From contig CAWFFH010000003.1 of the NCBI GenBank assembly GCA_963815095.1, positions 512,001-576,000 on the forward strand: a stretch of DNA of 64,000 nucleotides. The letters run 5' to 3'. The DNA is from Candidatus Bathyarchaeota archaeon (lineage in GTDB: Archaea; Thermoproteota; Bathyarchaeia; Bathyarchaeales; Bathycorpusculaceae). Below the pieces are notes generated by a model. It made no database searches. It had not been told where the DNA came from and saw only the letters and a list, made by a program, of their open reading frames with translations. Of this stretch, positions 57,750-64,000 are shown piece after piece (within the stretch, counting starts at the first letter, position 1; every line of letters starts with the position of its first letter). The position numbers were made by a program, and so were the translations under genes.

Positions 57750-58496
57750 TTACATTTTTTCGATAATCAGTTCTTTTGCAAAGCCAGCAATAAACTCAAC
57801 ATTCAACTTCGTCAAGTACCAGAATGTTGCTGCGCTCAAGTTACTCAGGGCTGCGAATGGTGTAAATATGAACCGTGCAGCCATTCTTCGCACAAGCTTG
57901 TAGAGTCCAAAGTGCCCATAGCGCCTGTAAGATACGCCGATCGTGACATAGTTTTTTGAAGTACCCAAATGTGTTGCACCGAGAAATGGCAGAACTTTCC
58001 AAATATAACCTGTTTTCTGGACGTAACGTTTGAAGTATTGGTCTTCTCCAAAGAACAGTTTTGGAGGGTTATAGTTTTCCATAAGTTTACGGCGTATGAT
58101 AATGTTGTTGATGTGTGGGTTAGTATCTAATTTGCTCAGGTTATATACTGTACCAACAACTCGCTCGTATGCGGCCACATGCTTGTTTTTGTGAACCGCC
58201 ACCGTACCAATAGCGCCAACATTAGGAGTTATTGCTTTGGTGACGAGTTGGAGCCAATTGTCAGGCAGAAGCATATCGTCATCAACCATCGCCACCCACT
58301 CGGTACCCGCCTGCAGAACCCCTTTTTTGCGTGCAATACTGAGCGGTTTTTCATGTGTGTTGATGATTTGCCCCGCACATGACATATGCTTAAGTTGCTG
58401 CATCAGTGTTGGGTTAGCTTCATCTCTTGAGGGAACAACAAAATCGACTTTCATGTCACTTTGGGAGCAGAATGGCATAGGGCATAATGTTCTCAA
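57750..58496 (-). CDS. GT2 glycosyltransferase
   Basis: VVPS, AR..G, VAMVDDD, GEDQ. Confidence 0.85.
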   Translation of the reverse strand: MRTLCPMPFCSQSDMKVDFVVPSRDEANPTLMQQLKHMSCAGQIINTHEKPLSIARKKGVLQAGTEWVAMVDDDMLLPDNWLQLVTKAITPNVGAIGTVAVHKNKHVAAYERVVGTVYNLSKLDTNPHINNIIIRRKLMENYNPPKLFFGEDQYFKRYVQKTGYIWKVLPFLGATHLGTSKNYVTIGVSYRRYGHFGLYKLVRRMAARFIFTPFAALSNLSAATFWYLTKLNVEFIAGFAKELIIEKM

Positions 58497-58550
58497 TTAA
58501 GTTAAATAATTTATCGCAATCAATAAACGCGAGCTGAGCAAAGAAAAAGT

Positions 58551-59942
58551 TTACATATTCAAGATTTTAACTGCTTTTTGCGCAGCACGCTTGTAGCTTT
58601 TCTTGGTTATCATACCTTTCTGGATGCCATTGAGTAATTGTAGAATCATGCCCTGTTTAACATGTTCCACTATTTGTTGTTCAGCGATTCCGGGAAGGCG
58701 CATGCAATTGCCGATTTTAACGTTGTAGCTGGCTATGTCGAACTTTTTAGCTATGTTGTATAGTTTTGAGCCTATGATTGGGTTAGTGATGGACCAGGAA
58801 ATGTATTCAATGAGGTTGTCTCTTAGGCATGTTTTCGCAAACTCTAAAGTATTGTTAACCTCTTCAGGGGTTTCGTATTCGAGTTTGCCGTTTGTTTCCC
58901 AAGCGTTATAGAGCATCAAGAACCCGTAAACCTTAATGTGGTGCTTCTTGAGCAATTCGAGTGTTCGTATGTTGTCTGCTTGCGTCGCGTTCTTGCCAAT
59001 GCCTTTTAGGACCCTATCGTTAGCGGATTCGAGACCGATGTGGACAAGCCAAACATGGATGTCACGAAGTCTTTGTGCTAATTCATCATTGAGTTTATCG
59101 GCTCGCAGGTTACATTGGAAAGTCATGCCCTTAAGTTTCAGTTTTTCTATTTCATTGCAAACTTCCAGGCACCATTTTATATCAACGTTAAAAGTGTCAG
59201 AGCGAAGGTAGATTTCGCGTATGCCTCTGCCATAAAGGTAGTTGATTTCTTCGGCGATGCTTTTTGGTGAACGCTGCCTTATCCAGGGTTTTTCAAGTTT
59301 CCAAACTGGGTTAGAGCAGTAAGTGCAGTAGTTGGGGCATCCACGAATTGGGAGAAGGTATGCCATGCGTTTCTTTCTGCTTACGGCTATATCGTAGTTT
59401 CCGAAGTCTATTAGGTCCCATTCTGGGAAGAAATCGATGTCTTTTAGGAGCGGTCTTATGCCATTATTTTTCTGATTGTTAACTGTCCCGACAACATCTG
59501 TTATGAATTCTTTGGCTTGGACTTTTCTGATTAATTCGGTAGTGGTTTCTTCACCCTCTCCCACAATGCAAACGTCGATTGGCGTATTTTTGAGGACGTC
59601 TTGGGGGTCGATGGTTGGGTGGGCGCCGCCTGCAACCATAAGCATTTTTAATCCTAGGGCTTTGACTTTGGCTATTGTTTCAAAGGACAACTCTCTTCGG
59701 GGTGTTGTGAAGGATATAGCGTAAATGTCAGGTTTGATTTCCTTGACTTTTTCGAGGTGTTCCTCCATGGAAAGGAAGGGCTCAAGATAAGTGAATTCCA
59801 CGTTGGGCAGGCGTGGTTTGGCGTAGCCGATGATATAGAGGATTCCAAGGTTTGGTGACTCGGTGACGGCTTCTCCTTTTGATTCATGCCCAAATGGTGG
59901 GTCAGCAAAAACCACTTTAAGATTCTTTTCTGTGGGAGCCAT
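58551..59942 (-). CDS. B12-binding radical SAM protein
   Basis: PNLGILYI, GGAHPT, GEGE, RGCPNYCTYC, IGLES; likely start ATG 59942. Confidence 0.9.
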   Translation of the reverse strand: MAPTEKNLKVVFADPPFGHESKGEAVTESPNLGILYIIGYAKPRLPNVEFTYLEPFLSMEEHLEKVKEIKPDIYAISFTTPRRELSFETIAKVKALGLKMLMVAGGAHPTIDPQDVLKNTPIDVCIVGEGEETTTELIRKVQAKEFITDVVGTVNNQKNNGIRPLLKDIDFFPEWDLIDFGNYDIAVSRKKRMAYLLPIRGCPNYCTYCSNPVWKLEKPWIRQRSPKSIAEEINYLYGRGIREIYLRSDTFNVDIKWCLEVCNEIEKLKLKGMTFQCNLRADKLNDELAQRLRDIHVWLVHIGLESANDRVLKGIGKNATQADNIRTLELLKKHHIKVYGFLMLYNAWETNGKLEYETPEEVNNTLEFAKTCLRDNLIEYISWSITNPIIGSKLYNIAKKFDIASYNVKIGNCMRLPGIAEQQIVEHVKQGMILQLLNGIQKGMITKKSYKRAAQKAVKILNM

Positions 59943-60094
59943 ATTTTGTTTTGTCACCGAAATGCCATCCACTACTGACTTTCCATGCAAGCGTATATAT
60001 TTTGCTACTTTAGCTTTCTTTATGCGGCTACAGGTAAACTTCATAAACTGCAACAGTGAAAATGTAACGCACACTAAATTGAGGCATAATTGAG

Positions 60095-61222
60095 TTGGCA
60101 ACATACCTTGTAGTTCATCCATACCTTGACATTTACGGCGGCGGCGAACGCGTCTGCCACAATGTAATCAAAACTTTAGTCGCCCATGGGCAAAAAGTTG
60201 AATTGTTGACTTTTGATTTTGAAGCAAACAAGTACCACGATATTGTCGGAGAAGAGTTTCCCAAGCAAGTTGTTGTCCACTCACTTGGCAAACGAATTGA
60301 GGTTGAGCCGCCCTTTACTATCTACAAGCGGCACCACAACTTTGTTAAGCTACTAAAAAAATACAAAAACCAATTAGAATACGATTATTTGTTTTCCACA
60401 CAATCTTCCTCGCCCTTTGAACCAGTTTTCTTAAACAAAGCCAAAAAAAACATAGCTTACGTCCACTTCCCAGAAATCCACTATGACTACGCCCGCTCTG
60501 GGCTGAAGAGACGGCTTTATCTGGGGCTGTTTAAGCGATGGGTTGAGCAGGGGATAGATAAGCTGGACTTGGTTTTCTGTAATAGCAATTATACTAAAGA
60601 AAAAATTATGCAGTATTGGACAAGTCATGGAGTAAAAGAGCCAATCGTTATTTATCCCCCAGTTAACCTAGAGAAGTTTTGGTCCGACAAGCCCTTAGAA
60701 AAACGTCGCAAAAAAGTAACTTACGTTGCCCGTTTTATTCCCGTTAAGAGACATGAAATAATGAAAAAATTAGCCATTGACCTGCCTGACTATGAGTTTG
60801 TAAGTGTCGGCGGATTAATCGATTCAGAAAAAGCATGGTTTGACAAATTCAAAGAAAACCTACCGCCGAATTATTCTGTTAAAACTAACTTGCCTGGACC
60901 AGAGATGCTTGAAGTTTTGCATGATTCCCAAATCTATGTTCATTTAATGGAAGGAGAACATTTCGGTATAGCACCTGTTGAAGGCTTAGCAAGCGGATGC
61001 GTTACACTGGTTCATAACAGTGGAGGGATGAAAGAGTTTATCTCCGACGAGTTCAGATGGGAAACCTACGATGACTTGAAAGAAAAGATTGTTCAATATA
61101 TGGAAGATGGAAACACGAAATCAAACTGGGAGGTTAAACGCCAACAATTATGGAACAAGATTTGCATACTTAATCCTGAATCGTTTCAAAATAATATTTG
61201 GACTAAATTGCAGGAACTTTAG
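60095..61222 (+). CDS. GT4 glycosyltransferase (Alg11-like)
   Basis: GGGERV, YVHFP, NSNYT, YPPV, EHFGIAPVEGLASG. Confidence 0.9.
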   Translation: MATYLVVHPYLDIYGGGERVCHNVIKTLVAHGQKVELLTFDFEANKYHDIVGEEFPKQVVVHSLGKRIEVEPPFTIYKRHHNFVKLLKKYKNQLEYDYLFSTQSSSPFEPVFLNKAKKNIAYVHFPEIHYDYARSGLKRRLYLGLFKRWVEQGIDKLDLVFCNSNYTKEKIMQYWTSHGVKEPIVIYPPVNLEKFWSDKPLEKRRKKVTYVARFIPVKRHEIMKKLAIDLPDYEFVSVGGLIDSEKAWFDKFKENLPPNYSVKTNLPGPEMLEVLHDSQIYVHLMEGEHFGIAPVEGLASGCVTLVHNSGGMKEFISDEFRWETYDDLKEKIVQYMEDGNTKSNWEVKRQQLWNKICILNPESFQNNIWTKLQEL

Positions 61223-61389
61223 GCAAACTTGATAAAAATATTGCAGAAGCATAAAGGGAAAATCTTCATCAGCGAGTACTTTTAGGTCTTGCGTTTTAAA
61301 GGGTTTTTACCATAGCTTTAAATCAACCTAAGGCTTATTAAAAATTTATTTAGTTGTATAAAAGATAGAGCGATAATAACTCGTGCAAA

Positions 61390-62949
61390 ATGGAATCGCT
61401 TACAACTAATATCAATGATACTGTGATGATGAAGATATTGGACAATTACAAGAAAATTCATGCTCTTCTTGAAATTAAACTAAATTCTCTGAAAACATCG
61501 CTAAACTCTGAAAATAAAAAAGGTTTTTTCAACAATCATTGGCGATTTAGTAAGAAGGCAAAAGGACTAATAGCTTTTGCAATTATAATTGTCATTCTAG
61601 TTTCCATTTTTGCTTTCTTGCCAAAAGCAAACAATCAACTCGATACGGAACAGCAAAACACTAATGATGTCTCCGATTCTCCGACCGACACTCCCACAGA
61701 TTCACCACAGGATACCCCTCAAGTGACTAGTAGTCCAACCAATAAACCAGATCTGGCTTCACAAATTTCAATCTCAATAGGTAAATGGGCTAATGAAATA
61801 GCCCAAGAAATATCCCCCAATACTTTGGGTATATTGGAGTCTGCTAAAACCTTGAATAGTTCTGTCTGGAAGGCGGTAGCATCGAATGCTTGGCATTACT
61901 TTGATCTGGGTATTGGAGTAATTGAAAAAACAGGGCTTCCTGGTTCAGGAGATGATTTTTCAGCATTCACTGACTGGGATTTGGGCGTTTATATTCAAGC
62001 TATTATGGATGCAAATTCCACAGGGTTGATTGGTAATGATGGTGCTTGGGGTTCTAGTGCGCGATTAGAAAAAGTTGTTTGGTTCCTAGAACATAGAGAG
62101 CTTAACTCAACTACTAATTACCCGTATTGGTTCTATCAAGCAAAAGACGGATCAGACTATCATGCGAATTCTGATATTGCTGGAGGTGCAGTTAATGTTG
62201 TCGATACGGGAAGGTTGTTTGTTGCGCTTGATAACCTTAGAGCATTCAATAATAGTTTAGCTCAACGAATAAACGATATAGTTCTTCATGGGAGATCCAA
62301 CTATGCAATTTTAGTTCCTGATATCAAAGCGGACAGTCTCACATCCACCAGCATTTATGCTTATTATATTGCCAGCGGGTTTGCAAGTTTTTGGCCCAAT
62401 GAACTTTCAAATGCACCAAACACGATACTCAATAATATCTTTGCTTCAGGCAATGTTACAACCAAAGAAGGTGTCTCTTTACCCAAAGCGGAATTAACGG
62501 GCGATCCATTGTTTTGCTCGTTTTTTGAACTTAGAAATAATGATCCCAGAATACTAACTTTAGTAAATGCTTTTTATCTGGCACATGAAGCATACTACAA
62601 CTCTACAGGCAAATACCGCGCTTTTAGCGAAGGACAATCTTCTTCAAGTGATTGGGTATGGGAGTGGGTAATTATGTCTGATGGGAAAACATGGGTTACC
62701 CAAAGTAATTCTCAAAATACCTCTGTATCTCCAACGATTTTCACTAAAATAGCCTTTAGCTTCTTGGCAACGTACAATACAACCTATGCAATGAACATGT
62801 CTGTCTACCTTGAGAAAAATCTCCCAGAATCTAATGGTGGCTTTTATGAAGGAGTGGATGAATCGGGAAATCTCATTAACGCGGTTGGATGCAATAGCAA
62901 TGGTTTAATCTTAGAGGCAGCACTTTACGGCATACGACATTACCCATAA
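61390..62949 (+). CDS. Membrane-anchored (alpha/alpha)6-like carbohydrate-active protein (DUF3131-like)
   Basis: TM + P/T/D linker; AW.YF..G.G....TGLP, TDWDLG, DTGRL. Confidence 0.7.
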   Translation: MESLTTNINDTVMMKILDNYKKIHALLEIKLNSLKTSLNSENKKGFFNNHWRFSKKAKGLIAFAIIIVILVSIFAFLPKANNQLDTEQQNTNDVSDSPTDTPTDSPQDTPQVTSSPTNKPDLASQISISIGKWANEIAQEISPNTLGILESAKTLNSSVWKAVASNAWHYFDLGIGVIEKTGLPGSGDDFSAFTDWDLGVYIQAIMDANSTGLIGNDGAWGSSARLEKVVWFLEHRELNSTTNYPYWFYQAKDGSDYHANSDIAGGAVNVVDTGRLFVALDNLRAFNNSLAQRINDIVLHGRSNYAILVPDIKADSLTSTSIYAYYIASGFASFWPNELSNAPNTILNNIFASGNVTTKEGVSLPKAELTGDPLFCSFFELRNNDPRILTLVNAFYLAHEAYYNSTGKYRAFSEGQSSSSDWVWEWVIMSDGKTWVTQSNSQNTSVSPTIFTKIAFSFLATYNTTYAMNMSVYLEKNLPESNGGFYEGVDESGNLINAVGCNSNGLILEAALYGIRHYP

Positions 62950-63523
62950 ACATTCGGTGTATGTTTTGTTATACCCTCTAAAGTACTCAATAGTGCTTAT
63001 GTAGAAACCAAATAAAATAATGCACGGTGGAAGAGGGATCCAGCATATTGCCTGACATTATTCGTTAAAACATTCTCAGCAAAATCCTTCAATGAAATAT
63101 ATTCATCACTGATGGCAGAATTACTGCATGCCTCCAATTGAGAACTATACCTCTCATCCAAATTGGCATTAGCTGTGTTTGCGTATGTTCCAAAATCGAG
63201 GGAACAAAAGTACTCATAGTAAGATTATTGCAAAGGTTTTTCGGCTTTTGATTCCAAACATTCTCAGAGTTGCCCGCTTGATAGAAATGTTTAAATTACT
63301 ATATATAGCTCGGAAAAATCTTAATAAAAGCTTTTTCGTCAAGAAATCTTGACTAAGACAAAAAAGGGAGGGTCAAGAGTTTTTGGGAAGAAATAAGTTA
63401 AAGTGCGATGAACTGAACTTAGGAAAGATTCAGGTACAAGCCTATTGGGACGATTGCTCCAAAAATGACGAGTGTAAGGTTGTTTTCGCCATTCTATCAA
63501 ATGCTTCAAGCTAATTTAGCATT

Positions 63524-64000
63524 TTAAGACTCCAGTAACTTCCTGTAGAGGTTTATATGATTCTCAACGCATTTGTTTGTCTCGTGATATCGCAAGGCAT
63601 ATTCGTGTGCCGCTACACCCAAAGAACGCCAGGCATCATCTTTGATTAAGTACTCCAAACCAGCTTGCAGCTCAGAAACTTCCTGAGTAGGCGTGTAGAC
63701 ACCAAATTTTTCAGTGTAACCGTCAGGGTTTCTAGTGCTCAGTAGCGCACAACCGTAAGCTATGCCTTCTAAGAAACTAACTGGCATCGCCTCGCAGAAG
63801 CTGGTGTTAATTAGGATCCAGCTTTGTTTTAGTAGGTTGATTTTTTCTTCTTCGCTTACTTTTCCTAGAATGTGAACGTTTGGCAGGGTGCTATATTTTT
63901 TTAGTAGTTGCTTACCGTAATTGAGGAAATTAGCTTTTCCAGGTACAAAAAAACTTACAGTTGGATTTTTTCTGGCGAGTTCAAACATGAGTTCAGGATG
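63524..64000 (-). CDS. GT4 glycosyltransferase, C-terminal part (5' end outside the window)
   Basis: LINTS..EAMPVSFLEG.AYG..LLS. Confidence 0.85.
   Translation of the reverse strand, partial: HPELMFELARKNPTVSFFVPGKANFLNYGKQLLKKYSTLPNVHILGKVSEEEKINLLKQSWILINTSFCEAMPVSFLEGIAYGCALLSTRNPDGYTEKFGVYTPTQEVSELQAGLEYLIKDDAWRSLGVAAHEYALRYHETNKCVENHINLYRKLLES

Noticed and set aside
59943-60122. N-terminal extension of the radical SAM ORF
   Set aside because: Spans the divergent promoter and overlaps the GT4 start; the domain begins near 59942
61670-61740. PTD/SPQD repeats
   Set aside because: Ordinary Pro/Thr linker of a membrane-anchored protein
62990-63230. Open frame on the minus strand between the DUF3131-like gene and GT4
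   Set aside because: No convincing start or recognisable motif
1-64000. CRISPR array / cas genes / rRNA
   Set aside because: No regularly spaced repeats, cas motifs or rRNA-like sequence seen by eye

Overview
Archaeal chromosome segment. The HMf-type histone, rpS17e, SAMP/MoaD, archaeal tRNAs and GGTGA/GGAGG RBS show it is archaeal; the gene families suggest Bathyarchaeia, which is an inference. Positions 1-33.9 kb form a large, partly decayed accessory region that ends in a tyrosine integrase next to tRNA-Arg(CCG). That region carries: cassettes of secreted proteins with membrane-anchored wHTH regulators, each regulator family sitting near its own palindromic operator; a G1 glutamic peptidase; a rhodanese protein with a halocin C8-like segment; a MITE and IS remnants; a three-gene ubiquitin-like conjugation operon (Ubl / E2-E1 fusion / DUF6527, Bub-like); two apparently dead resolvase-like domains around a wHTH switch; an RmuC-like nuclease; and two convergent DDE transposases. 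Positions 34-44 kb are housekeeping (DUF2090 aldolase-like + GlpX, GT4, tmk, HD hydrolase, tRNA-Glu, histone, TatD). Positions 44.1-53.4 kb are a second, AT-rich integrated element with an FtsK/HerA/Zot-like ATPase, HNH, a PD-(D/E)XK-like protein, RHH, a long RNA-like hairpin and a tyrosine integrase, inserted between tatD and rps17e, which starts with CTG. Positions 53.5-64 kb hold SAMP, a SAM hydrolase and a glycosylation cluster with a B12-dependent radical SAM enzyme. All family calls come from motif recognition by eye; no database searches were run.
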